Below are positions 48,492 to 62,097 of a stretch of 64,000 bases of DNA, in pieces. Where the stretch lies: contig NC_045696.1 of NCBI RefSeq assembly GCF_009834535.1, positions 98,396,001 through 98,460,000 on the forward strand, read 5' to 3'. Position 1 is the stretch's first letter. Each line of letters starts with the position of its first letter. A program made the translations under genes and the position numbers. The notes beneath the pieces were generated by a model. The model saw nothing but the letters and a program-made list of their open reading frames with translations, searched no databases and was not told the DNA's origin. This DNA is from Camelus ferus. Lineage: Eukaryota.

Positions 48492-49935
48492 TGCATAATT
48501 TTTCTTAGATAGAATTAAATACATATATTTAGAGGACACCTAAGGGGATGTATTTGGAAATAAAATTTACGATTTGAAGTCAACATTCCTGTATACTTTA
48601 TGTAACATGCCTGGGAAAGGACCCTAGGGTTAGTAAAGATAACTCGATATGTTAGCAATATTATACTTTTATTAAAATTTCTGTATGTAGCCATTTTATT
48701 TCTGAGGATTTGGTTTGACCCTTGATGTATGAAAACCCATCTAATGCTGGTCTTTAGTTCTTGTAACAGGGAAAGGCTGCTGATGGTCAGGGTATCCCCT
48801 TAAGTGGCCTCCAGGCTCCCAGAGTGTGTCTTCACACCATCTGAGATGGACTTCTCATATTGTTCTTTACATGCTAAGCCAGGAGCAGAGTTTTCTCTCT
48901 ACATTAATTAAAAGATTCTATAAGATCCATGCACCCAGGCTACATTTCACATCTTTGAACTAAGGTGACTGTAAGATTCCACTCCCCAGCACAGACAACT
49001 GGCTGAGCTCAACTCCTCTGAAGAGGGCTCTGAATGTGAGTTTTCCTAGGAAGCCTTTCTTAGCAAACCTCTAATCAGGGAAACTGGCCACTCATTTATT
49101 TGGTCCTTTGTATTCTGCACATTTTTCCATCACAGCCCCTGGAACATGTTAGAACACCCGAGGCTGGGCTTGATACACAATAGGCACTCGGTATTTGTTG
49201 TCTGAAGTTCAGGCATGGACTGTCTGAATGGATATCTGATCACTAGCAGTTCCCTCATCAGGCCAGTATGCTGGGTTAATTCATGCTTCTGTGCTTTTGC
49301 TTCGGTATTCTTTCTGATTGGCTTGAGACCTGTCAAGCTCTCCCATATTTACTTGGCCTTGCCTTGTCTAATTCCAACTCAAAGTTCAAGACTTGAGATA
49401 TGCATCTTCTCAGGAACACTCCCTCCTCCCAGTGTGTACATCCAAGTGTTACCTCAGCCTGTCAGAGGAGTAAGGCTCCGTGTTGTAACCTCAAGGCTCT
49501 GACCACAGCTCTGTGACAGCACTTCCCATGTTGCAGTGCTGTTGTTTATTTACAGGGCTGGGTCCCCAAGCAGACCAAGACCTGGAGGACAGTATCTTTT
49601 TTTACCTGTGTGTCCTTGTTGTGTGGCATATTTTTTAGCATATAGTCAATGGTCAATGGCTTTTTTATTTTTTAAAGGAATGGGTTATTTTGTGTATTTA
49701 TAAATGGAAAGGGGCTCCAGAAAATTAACTGAGGGAGAAGTTAAAACTATTTATTAATTTTTCTCCCTAGTTTATGTGACTTGGGTGTGGGGGGTTTGCA
49801 ACTACTAGTAAATTCTTCCATTTGGAAATAATCACTTAGTGCTGTTTAGAACTATTACAGTAACAACCGTTTTAGGCCAATAGTTGTAAAAATGCAACCC
49901 AGGGCTTACAAAGCTTTCAGCAATAATCTTAAATT

Positions 49936-49950
49936 CCAGCAGATGGTGGT
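49936..49950 (+). promoter_or_regulatory. Candidate CTCF-binding motif
   Basis: CCAGCAGATGGTGGT, one mismatch to the CCASYAGRKGGCRS core. Motif only, no occupancy evidence. Confidence 0.35.
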
Positions 49951-51847
49951 GTTGTTATGAGAGGCTGAGATTCTTAGGTAAAATAAAACACTTCTCACTT
50001 ATCGTAAAATCTGTTTTGTTCCTCTCTCCTTGGAAAAATAAAGAAGAGTTTGTCCAATAATTCTTTTCTTCATAAGACTTAGGTAAGAAATAAAACACTT
50101 CTTTTTTAAAAAAATTGGTCATTGTTGGTCCATGGTAGAAGAGTTATAAGAGTTTTTATACTTTTTCATAATGGGTGACATATAAATTTTTTCTCTGCTA
50201 TAAACACTCCAAATATGATTAAAAAGGACTCTAATTATTTTTAAATAAATTAATATATGTTTTCTGGAATGGGGTGTCAGTGTTTGCTTATATTACCATT
50301 AGGTCAAATTATGAGATCACATTTCCCCCTTGTCTTAGTCTGACCTCACAGTTCCTAATCCTAAATTAAAATGTGTATTATCTCCTGCCTGAGCAGTGAA
50401 ATGAGTACAAGCCAAAGACTGCAGAGCATTTCAAAAATGACTTCACAGTGTCTGGGTACTGTGCAAGTAAGCAAGTTTTTGGTTTAGAACATTTGTTAAT
50501 GCTTCCTAAAGTTAAGCAGTTTCCTATAAATCTATTAAATGACCTCTTGAAATGATCTATCTCTGCCATTATAAGAAAGAGGGATAATTCATTTTCTCCT
50601 TAAATCTCTTATTCTCTTCATGCTTGTCTCCAGTTAGTATACAAATACAGGGGAGCACAAAATTCACATATAAGCAGGATTGTAATGCACGATTGTAGGA
50701 ATATAAGGATTTTAAGATGAAATTTACAAAAAAAGAAGGGTCCACTTAAACAATTTACTTGTTTTAGTACTATTTTTTGTCAAGGAAAAAATATTCAAAA
50801 AAGTTGACCACATTTTTAAAATGTAGTGTTTCCTATTTTTTAATATTATTAATTGTACACAGGCTGCATGAATGTTAGGTTTTCATATATGTGACTTTTA
50901 ACATAATCTGGGGGTATGATTATATTATGTAAATGTATGTGTAAATCTACACAACTCTGAAATTAGTTCTGAAATATGCAAGAAAACAGGATATGTTGCA
51001 TGTGCTCCTTTTTTAAGGCCCTGAATAGCTATGTAAAATCTATTTTACTGTGGAGAATCATGGGATGTTATGATGCAGGGTTATTTTCTAGCTGATGACA
51101 TGAAGGGGTAGTATTTTTCAAAGAATTCCTTTATTATTTTAGTTTTTTTTAAAATAAAGATACTTTTAACAACAATGATAAATAGATAATTTTAATATAA
51201 AAATTAACATCCAAAGCCTTTCAAGATTATACCAAGTATTAGAAAAACAGTTTGTGAAAACTGACTTATAATATGTTGACTAAAATAAAATTTATTCTTA
51301 TTAGTATAAGTTATAGCGGCTTTTAGAACATCATGAAACGGATGAGTGACTTCATTCCAAATGAAAATCACTCAGTAGAGTGAAACTATAGTGCTTTCCA
51401 AAGGAATTTCCTTTTAATGGCTTGCAGATGTTGTGTTCAATGCCAGTGAGAAAACGAATTCAGTTTTAAGACATAAAACTTTACATGAAATTAATCTCCT
51501 GAGTAGATTAAATGTTTTCACTGTCATGGGGAAAAATTTAGGAAAAGGGTAAAAACAGATTTTTAAAAAATTATTACTGAAAATGTTTACTAAATATTTT
51601 AGTGATATTCCTAAAGCAATCCCTTAAATTGAAAAAAAAAAAAAAAAGAAGTCAATTTTCTTTTGGAGAGAGAAAGTTATTAGAATAGAGAAAGAAAATT
51701 TCAAAATCCTGTATTTGCTTTTTTCCCCCCAATCAACATATAAAAATTTCAAATAAAGCATGTGGAAAAAAACAATTAAGATTTCCAAAAAATAAACATT
51801 CCTTTTAAAGACATAAAATATCACTAACCTGTTTCCAGCGTGTGAGC

Positions 51848-52250
51848 CAGTGCTTCATGGTGTGGATAACAGCATCACAATCTGCTGGGGGTGCTTGTTA
51901 AAATAGGTGGGTAGAACCTGGGGATTGAAGGCCTTAGGTGTCTTGTCGTAAGAACTCTAGGGACCACAGGGACTGAAACACCAGCTAGACTGGTTGGGTC
52001 GCTCAGCAATGCCCAGACAGATGTGTAGTGACGGTAAAGGCAGCTGACTGTAAGATGCCACTGAGTCATGGGTATAATCCTGTAAAGAAAGAATTTCACG
52101 GCACGAAAGGAGCTCATGAAGAACAGACTCTCAGTTCTTTTAACTGTTAGAAAAGGCTTTAGAAAATGCAAACGCCTAGACCCCACCACAGATCCTAAAT
52201 TAGAACCTGACTTGGTCCCACCTGATTCTACAGCCTTTTCTGTGATCCTC
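51848..52250. mobile_element. MER5A-like hAT-Charlie relic split by a 258-bp insertion (51905-52162)
   Basis: Left half CAGTGCTTC..GTGTGG..CAGCATCA..GCTTGTTAAAAT; right half AAAATGCAAACGCCTAGACCCCACCACAGATCCTAAATTAGAAC. Confidence 0.6.
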
Positions 52251-55200
52251 CCCATGCCTGTCGGTGCTCGGAGTTCTAGGAAAGCTGAACTCTCAGTTCT
52301 TCCAGGGTTATCATTGGCTCTCTTGCTGCTAGACATCCACACAAAACGTCCCTTCCTTGTGAAAGGCTCTTCCCTGTCCCTTCTCCCATTCCTGTGCCTT
52401 CTCCATCCCCCTGGCTAACTGAGCAAGCCTCTCTCTGCAGACAAGGTGCTTGACTATGTGCTCCCCCAGAGCTTTGCCTTTCCCTTCTCAGAATAGTTGC
52501 AGCCACCTCTTGGCATGTTTACCTTCCCTACTGGAGTGTAAGCTTGCTAAGGTCCAGAAGCTTGCCTCTGGCTCACCACTCTTTCAGTGCCCAGCACAGT
52601 GGTACAGCCTCAGAAATACTGAAGGAAAGGTCCGTTCTTTTAGTTTTCATTTCCTGAGGGTGCTAGAATTCTGATAAATCACTCAGGGGAAATAGCACCC
52701 CAATATTAGCATTTCTTTAGTCATCTATCAAGTCTTTCTCCCCTAAAATTAGAGTGTGTGGGTGAAGTCTTGGGGATCTGCAAAGACAGTTTTTCCACTT
52801 ACCAGGGCTGGGCATACTCATTATACCAAGCTGCACTTTGGCATTTAAAAAGTGCTATTAGTTTTAGAATGACCTAGATGAAGTATTAGAAATCTGAAAT
52901 TCAAAGAGGAAGAAAAGAAAACAGCTGAGGGTGGAGTTAATTCCAGCCTTCTGCTCTGGACTCCCCTCTGTCCCAAGCATCCTTCTCCTCACACCGACCC
53001 CATCTGTAGGGTCAGTTCTGCTCTAGAATGTGGGACCAATTCTGACTTCAATGCAAGGGAGTTTACTGGTGTAACTGAGTTCTCAGACTCCTGATTTTCC
53101 TCTGGTTTTACACTGACCTTTTGTTTCATGTTTAGAAAATGCAGTGCCTGCCCTGTCATGAGGTCAGTTCTCCACTGACCCTGCATTCGTGGAAACTGGG
53201 TGCAGAGCATCTCAGCAGTTCCTCCCCACCCAATGGTCCGATGCTAACGGCTGTTCCTATTCATGTTCAAACAAACACAGACACACCCAGCTCTTGAGAA
53301 ATGTGAGCACGTGCTCCCCACCCCCTTCTGAAAACTGAAAACAAACGTATCCCTGGGTAGCTCTTTCTCTCTCGTAGCTTCCTCCAGATGCTGACTGTGG
53401 AATTCCTCAGTTCTTTTATTATCAACGTCAATTCCAGAGGACACATTACTCTCTAACCAGAACATGAAGTACTCGCATCTGGCTTGCTTGTAACTCATGC
53501 TTCACTTGCACATGGTCCAAGGTGAAAGCTAGAGGCAGTAGAATCCCAGATACTGGCATTTCAGTCAGATGACTCCTAATTTTTCCCCCGAAAGTTAGGA
53601 ATTGATTCAATTTATGACGATTGCCGCATGTGTAACTGTTCCTACGTAACATGAGATTTTAGGAGTACATTAACTCGTGCCTTATGAGATGGGGTATGTC
53701 CTAGCTATACAAGTAGCAGCAGTCTGGATGATCAAGAGTTCAGAAAAAAATGGTAGTGTCTTTCCATCCTGACTGTGAGACCTACACGCCAAGTATCGTC
53801 AGACTCCTGCCTGTGGAAGTCTGCATTCTGTGTCACATTCTCTCCCTGTACACCAGCTAATGAAAAAGACAGATGTTAACTTCAGAGTTCAGCATCCTTT
53901 GAGAAAAAAGTGTAGTGTGTATAGTAAAACTGTTCATGCTAAGAAAAAGATCATACTAGTTTACAAGAAAATAATTATTTACATAGTTTGTAAACAAGTC
54001 TTTTTTAAAAACCCTCTTGGGCCTTAGTGACCTTTATAAAATACCCATGTTGATCAAAGCAGAAATAAATCAAATGTGTGAACCATATTTGCTCTTGGGG
54101 GAAAAAAAAAAAGAACCAGACACTGGGGAAACTGTGGTAAAATGAATTTATGGGTAAAGGATGTTTCAGTGCCGGTACTGGTGCCTCTCTGATTGTCTTG
54201 CTAAAGGCTGAATTTTTTTGGCAGCAGCATTCTTCCTTGACATGATACAGATTTCACTTTTAATTTTGTAAATGTTTCTTGATTGGCTACTATGGCCTTG
54301 GCATTGTATCAGACGCTAGTCACTAGACACCTTCACTCCTCGTTGTGAGAGAACCACAGGTATTTTATTTGCAGCCAACTGAGACTCTCCTTTAACTCTG
54401 GTCCCTATCTGAAAAATCTGGGTTAGAAGCAATAGAAAAGTTAGAAGAGTATTTTTCATAAAGAACTATTCTGCAAAGAATGCCTCATTTTTTTTTCTTT
54501 TCTCTTTTTGTCCTAAATCTAATTTATTTATCTGAGGTTGATATTTATTTTTTGCCAAATGTTTATTTTTGGCCATTGGTTTATCCTTTGCCAAATGTGT
54601 TACTATTTTTTTTGACATTCCCTATCATTTACTTAATTCATTTTATTTGTTGTAATCTATGTATGCACTGAAGCAAGATGGATTTGAGGATGAGTCCCTC
54701 GGAGCATGACTTTACAGCTCATAAGAAAAATTTCCTTCACTTCTCTCCTCCGCCCACTACCCTTAGATTGAGTCAATATCTTGGAGCAGAAACCCATCTC
54801 TGCAGGCCTGTTAGACTTTTAGGTTGATATATATAGCAATTTATACATAAGCTGTAGTTAATATCTTACAAATTTTTCATAGTCTGAATTTACTAAAAGT
54901 GATTGTAGTTGGCAGAAGGAACCAGAAGTTCAAAGTCTTGGGACAAACATTTGCCACTTTATAGCCAGATTGGAAAAATGTTATCTTAAAGAGATTAAAA
55001 TGAAGTTCTCTCTATATGCCTATTACCTATACAAATATTTTATGTATGAAAGGAAATCTGTTATTTCAGTTTTTTAATTGTGAAAATTCAATGTTTTTCA
55101 CTTCATATAAAGAATCCAGGCTCCACTCCATAGGTGTTTTGTAAGATTTCTTTATATATGTATTTAAAGAAATGTGTATGTGTGTGTGTATATGTATATA

Positions 55201-58200
55201 TACACACACACATAGACACATATACTTAAACAAACAGATTAATAGCTTTGTAAATAGACATATGCAAGGATAATTAATGAATCTCTTAATTTCTTAATTG
55301 TTCTTTCCTCCTGTGGACTTTGGGCGGTGATTTTTTATTTTAGGTAAAAGTTAATTCAGTTAAATGAATTGGCTATTTTCAGCCAACAGCTCTTTCTTGG
55401 CCTCCCACTGTGTCTGAGGCACTAAGTCAGGGGCTGGGATTAATCACCTGGTCAGGGAAAATTCCAAACAATCGTCAGTGTCTGGAATCATGAGACATTT
55501 CCTCATGAAAACATTGTAAGGTTGAGAGAGAAGAACTGCCTTGCTGAATTACAAACTGCAGAAGTGGGAAAGTAGCATCAATTACAAATTTATCCTCTTA
55601 CTAGGGAATCTAAAACTTGGCCATTTTTGTAGGGAAACAGCCCATAGTGTTGTTCTATGTGCCATTTATATTGCTCTTTTTTAAAACAGAAAGATTTACT
55701 GATGGGATGCTAAACTTCTGCTTTTAGGAATTACCTGAATTGTGCCATGGACAAATTTGTATTTGACTATGAAGCCATTATCCCCAATAAATCATTGATT
55801 GGGGTAAAGATTTCAGCCATCAACTTGCTCTGTGATGATTTTACATTGTTCATTATGTTATGAGATTATGCTGTAGCCTAGGCCAGAAGCCTATTTCTGT
55901 GAGCTAGAAAGATGAGAATTTAATGAGGTATAAAACATATACACAAATTGCAACGTCAATGATGATGTCTTAATAGCTTAAGAGGTCTGCATAACTGCAT
56001 TATAAACTGGAACATAAAAAGATACAGCATGTAGACATCAACTTGTAAATCAGCAACCCAAGGGCCTAAGAGCTTCACGACCTGGAGCAGAGTCAAGTTT
56101 GTTTCAATTTTCTTAAAAAAAAAAATCAGAATGTACTGCGCATATAGACAACCATGTTCTTACTCTAAAAGTGAGTCTTATTCTAAGAGTCAGGCTGAGC
56201 TTACTTCTTTGTTGAAATAAAACATCCCATGTCTTAGAGGCAGAATGATGCTGTTCATTGAAAAAAAATAATTTTTCCCCTTAAAAGTCAGATGACAGAA
56301 CAAGTCACTTCTTCCTCATTATGACTAAAAGCTGAAGCAAAGGGATGGGGGAGAGGAGATGGGTGTGCAATGGAAGGTGATCCTTTTCACATACGGCAAT
56401 CACCACCCATCTAGTCCCTGCTTGCTCAGTTTAGTTAAGGGATCTCAGAAAAATAAACCGACCAGATCTGTTTATTTTACAACCTAAAGACTCTCAGAAT
56501 ATCTTCTTAAACCTTTAGTTCTGAAAGTCCGTTCTAATTATTGACACACCAATCTTTCCTTATCTTCCTTGGTTAAGTCCAGCAGCTGTAGCGGCAGCGG
56601 CAGCGGCAGTTTCCTGAATGCCCTGGACAACCTCTGGCACATTAGGGCGCCACAACCTGTCAAACAGAGAGCTGTCATTTTTTTTTTTTTTTTTTTTTTA
56701 GATTTTTAACCTAAAATTGGGGGGGGGAAAGTCTATTGGATTTTGGAGGATACCAATTTAACAATGGTTGCATTTGATTAATGTATTTATGAAAAAGATT
56801 GAAAATGACGTAGCAGTTTATTATAGAGGTAGATACAAGGTTATGGGGTTTTTGTTTGCTTGTTTGTTTGTTTGTTTGTTTTGCTTTGCTTTTTTTTCTC
56901 CAAAAGCCAGACTTCGTAGGTTCAGTTCTCAGATCTGCTAGTTAATAACTTAATAAATGTGTAATCTTGGATAAATTACTTGTTTTCACAGTATTTCCAT
57001 CACTTTGCCTATAAAATAGGAATTAGAATAACATAATAGTAATAGCTACCTCAGGGTTACATTTTCACCTGGACTAACGCCTGGTGCACAGTAACACTCA
57101 GCATAGAATTAAATATCGGGCAGCTCAGCCCTTTCCTGAAGGCTTCCCCTGATTAACCAGGGACACTGGCGCACCTCAGTTGCTGTGTATTTCACATGGA
57201 TTCAAAACATCTTTATAATTATTTCTGAAACTTGACACTTTTATACAGATTAAGGAAAATCTGGAGAAAAACTTGCTTTGAAGGCAAAATGTTAATATCT
57301 AAGTTAATATTATTCCTCTTGGAATGTGTTTTCTGTTGCAAACTTCTGTTAAAAGCAAAGCACATTCACATTCTCACGGTTTACAGCTCAGTAAAAAGTT
57401 GAAACACATTTGACTGTTGAAAGTTTTAGTATAGGTCAAAACTAGAATTGTTATTAGAATTTGATGGAAAAAATTTCAGGTTTATTTTTTATCATCAAAA
57501 CTAATAGGTAGAAATTTTGTATTTTAATTAACTTTGGCAGTTATTTCTATCTTTTAGGGAAAAAGATAGAAAAGACAGAATAAATTTGGGAAAAACAGAT
57601 ATTATTTCTATATGCAAGTAGAAATAAATGAAGTCTAATAAAAAATCCAAATATGCATTCCAGTATTTCCAAACTTGTCTTCATCCAGAGTCTTTTTTGG
57701 TAATTCAGACTCCTAGGGCTCATTCCACAGCTGTCAGTTAGAAACTCTTAAGAAATTTTGCAGTAACGGTCTAGGTGATACTTACGATCAAATAAATATG
57801 TAAAGAACTAACTTAAACAAGTGTTTCTCTGAAGTAAACATGTATTTTGAGATATTTAATCAGTAAAAGACAACATGAGCTTTCTAAGAGAGAGGCTTGT
57901 GTTAAAAATAATGCATCGGTTTGAACAGTGATAAAGTTTCCATTTTATAAACAAAACTAAATTAATTATCTTAATTTCTTTTAATCATCTCACACTATTT
58001 AAATTAGTTATATTTAATTTGTAATTTCCTCCGATTCATTAAGTGTTTTGACTCTCTGACAGTCAAAAATAAGAAGTGCAGATCATAGCTAAGGAGATTA
58101 TTAAATATAAATCTACTGTTGCTGATTTAATTTGTGAAGAGATTTTAAATATTTATATATTTTTCTTTAACAATTGATTTAAACTATCTGCATATTGGTG

Positions 58201-58657
58201 CAGTGCCTGCCAAGCTATTGTGTGAAGTTTTACCAGCTGGGAATTATCCCTTCATTCTCTGGTGTGACTAACACTTCCAGCTGTAGAATAATTAAAATGC
58301 CAATCAGTTTTGAAACAGCACAACAATTTTTCATCTGATCATCAATTGAAAGGCTAACTGAAGTGTCTAGCTGTCATCACAACGACGTGGACTCACATCC
58401 CGCCCCTCTGTTTTCTCCCACCATCCCCCCACCCCCGCTTCTTCCTTCACATACACAAACGCACACTCTGAAGGCTGAGTTCGGTTCTACTCAAATTTGG
58501 TTCTTCTAAAAGACATCAATTTTTCAAAATGTGTTTTATTGATTGTCTTTAAGGAAAGTTGTGGGAGGAATGAGGTCTGAAGGTAAGGAACTGTTGAAAA
58601 CAAGTGTTCTTTGAATAGTATATATTTCTCAAACCATATTAACAAACATTTAATCAA

Positions 58658-58933
58658 TTTTTCCTCTTTTATTGAGATATAATTGACATATAACATTGTG
58701 TAAGTTTAAGGTGTACACTGTATTGATTTGATACACTCATATATTGCAGCATTATTACCACCATAGTGTTAGCTAACACTTGCATCACGTCACAGTTACC
58801 GTTTTTATGTGAAAAGCATTTAAGATCTACTCTCTTAGCAACTTTCAAGTATACAACACACTATTATTAACTATAATCACCATACTGCAATTTGAATCCC
58901 CAGAGCTTACTCATCTTATAACTAGAAGTTTTG
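58658..58933 (-). mobile_element. LINE-1 3' end, L1MA9-like
   Basis: TTTATTGAGATATAATTGACATATAACATTGTGTAAGTTTAAGGTGTAC...CTCTTAGCAACTTTCAAGTATAC...CATCTTATAACT. Confidence 0.85.
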
Positions 58934-61591
58934 AAACTTCTTTTTTCCTGAACTGCCAGAACTGACCTGCTATACCTCCCATGTGTCACCTCCCATCATC
59001 ACCTTCTGTAATGATCAAGCTTCCAGGTCTAGAAGAAAGAGTGATGGGAAATAAAATCCACAGGTTGTTGAGTGATTAATGCTTCAAAATGTTCTAGAGT
59101 CTTCAGTCTTGCACCAACATAATGGCTGAAAAGTGCACTGTGGAAGCAGAAATTTAGAGGCATACATCTCTGAATGTTCCAGCCCCACCTCTGCTTCTTA
59201 GATATTCTTTTATATGTCTCAATGCCTGGAGTCAGCAGTGGCTGTGTGGCTTTTATGTTTTCCTATTGGAGTTCTTTTTAACTTAATTAAGGCTTTAATA
59301 GGAGTTTTATTTCCCTTAGAGGGTTATTGTAAAGTTTAAAGTGGCCTTAGAAATAAGTACCCAAAATAACCTGTTCCATCAAACATCTTTTTGAACTTCC
59401 TGTTTTACTCAGAGGAATATTGCTAAGCAGATATATGAACTCTTTCGGATGGCTGTGATACTCTAGGTAACAATTCCTGAGACTTCTGTGGTGGTTATAT
59501 TAGCGGTTCCTTTTAAGTGTTTTAAGAAGAGGTGGAAGCAAAATGTTAGTGAAAAGGGGGCCGAATTGGTGGAAGCTGGAAAGGTTGGGTTTCCAAGAAA
59601 GGTACTCTCATTTGCAGGAACCTGAGCATCTCTTTAGCTGGTGCCTGTTTTGCTCACAGGCTGAGCCCCAGGTGATATAGTGATGTCCCTGTGATTCACA
59701 TACTCCCACTTAAACCACCCAAGAGTGCATTTATAGACTTAACTCTTTAAAGCCCTTTTCCTATTGTTTCCTTCCTTTTAAAATAGTTGTGCACACAAAC
59801 GGTATTTATTAAATATTGGGACTCAAAATATTTACTCCTTTTATTATTTTTTCTCTGTCTTCAACACTAAACCTCCTTGTTCCAAAAGAAGAGATAAGGC
59901 ATCTGTAATCTTGACTTAGTTTTATGGGCTACAGAATTAGTTTATTCATTCCTGGAGTCATTATTTCTATACATAAGGGGTAATCTTTTCCTCTGATGAC
60001 TATGCATTCATTGAGAGGCTGAGATTATATCAGCCAGTGCTAGGCCACTGACCCCTTAAGGTTCATACTTGAAATGGAAATTTGGGATCCAAAAGGGAGG
60101 TGAGACTATGGTTCAACTAAAGAAATCGCCTTTTGAAATGACAATGAAATTTCTTTAAGTACAAGGTGTGTTCTTTGAGCTGTTAAAAAAAAAAAAAAAC
60201 CAACTGTAGTTACTGTTTTTACTCTAGCAGATATTTTAATGTCGGTAAGTCCCAAATGCAATACTCTGGGCTATTTTTGAAGACTGTCATACATTTGAAA
60301 GCAAAAAAGTTGAAGTTATCCCCCAAATGTCAACACTGCATCTGAATGGGCGCAAAGCAAGATCAGTCCATGCCCTGATGCCTGTGCTTTCTCTGAGAAC
60401 ACAATAACTACAAATGGTGCCAGAGGGAAAAGGGAAAGGGCTTCTGTTGACTTCAAATAAAGGCTGGATCTGACAAAAGAAAAGCAAATGGTACCTGGAT
60501 ATGCCATTAACAAAGCCTTGTATATATACAGCTGCACTCAATGAACACTTTGGAAATTAAAGAATTGCCAGCTTTTTCACTTTGGGACAAAAAACATTTG
60601 TGCTAAACAGCCGGTAAGTAAATGCAGTAAACATATTTTTACAGTGAATAGAATTGTTTTATATTTTGGGGACTGCTTGTGAATTTCTACTGCTTCTTGA
60701 TTAGCAAACATTTGGCAGTTCTCGAGTCTTTAGACATTAAAATGCCAAAACAGATTTTTATTCTCAGGCTGAGCTCCTATATTTTTTTCTATCCCTCTAA
60801 CAATTATCCTCCAAACATTTGAAAGCACTAAAATAAAATGTGTGCTGAAAACACATTTGGAAACGTTTTACCTGTGTGACTTTAATAAGCATGTAAATAA
60901 AACGGTACTGGGTGACTGTCGCACTTCCTTAGGGCAGGGTGAGAGCACAGTGCATGTGGAATGACTGAACTGTTGGTGGGCACGTCCGAGGGCCTTGCCT
61001 TAGGACAAAGGAGGATTTTATTGCTGTACAAGTTTTGTTAAAACAGATGTTTGTGCAAAGCCTCTTGGGTTTCTCTCTTGGTAGTAACACTCTTGCTCAT
61101 TTTTTGAAATAAGTAAATATTTAAGAGACTTCAAAATCCTTCAAAAGCAATGATTCTTCTCCATTTTCACTTTTAAGAGTCATATCCTTATGAATTTTTT
61201 AATGTTATATTGAAATTAACTCCTTTGGAAGGTTTTTCTTTTAAGTGATAACTTTGTGTATTTATTAGTGAATCTTTTACAATTAGGGGATTGATTATAT
61301 TTGTTTTGTATCCATCCTTTCAATATTATTTTCCATTATAGTTCGATTAACTAGTTAATAGAAACTGATTTTCTCATCTATCAACTTTATATAAAACTTG
61401 AAAATTCAGAGCAAACCAGTAGGTAAAATAGTTCAACTTTACACCTGCTTACATCTTGGTTGTAATGCAGGATTTTGCAGATCTTCTGTGATTATATGTG
61501 TGTGTTGCATGTGTGAGTGTGTGTGTGTGTGTGTGTATATAAGAGGGGTAGTGATTTTATCAGTATAATTTTAATTAAAACATAGAGGCAA

Positions 61592-62097
61592 TGTATTTGT
61601 TTCCTGTTGCCTTTGGAACAATGACCACAAGGTGGCTTAAAACAATACACATGTATTGTCTGAGAGTTTGGGAGGCAAGCAGTCTAAAATGGGTTTCACT
61701 AAAATGGGTGTCATCGAGATCACCTTCCTTCTGGAGGCTCTACTGCAGAACTTTGGCTTTTTTCTTGCCTTTTCCGTCCCCTAGAGGCTGCCTGCGTGCC
61801 TTGGCTCGTGGTCCCCAGAGCCAGCAGTCACATCACTCTGGCCTGCTTCCATCAGCACCTCCCTTTCCTCTGACTCCCACTCTTCCTTCCTCCTCTTATG
61901 AGGACCTTGAGATTACACTGGTCTGACCAGGATGGTCCAGGGTACTCTCCTTATCTCCACCTCAAAATTCTTAATTTAACCACATCAGCAAAGTCATATT
62001 TGCCACATAACGTAATATAGTCATAGGTTCTGGGCATCAGGACTCTGACATCTTGGGTGGGGGCTCAGCGGGGAAGGCTGTCATTTTGCCCACTATA
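61592..62097 (-). mobile_element. MaLR solo LTR (MLT1C/D-like)
   Basis: TGTATTTGTTTCCT...GGTGGCTTAAAACAA...CCTTCTGGAGGCTCTA...CACATCAGCAAAGTC...TGCCCACTATA. Confidence 0.8.
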
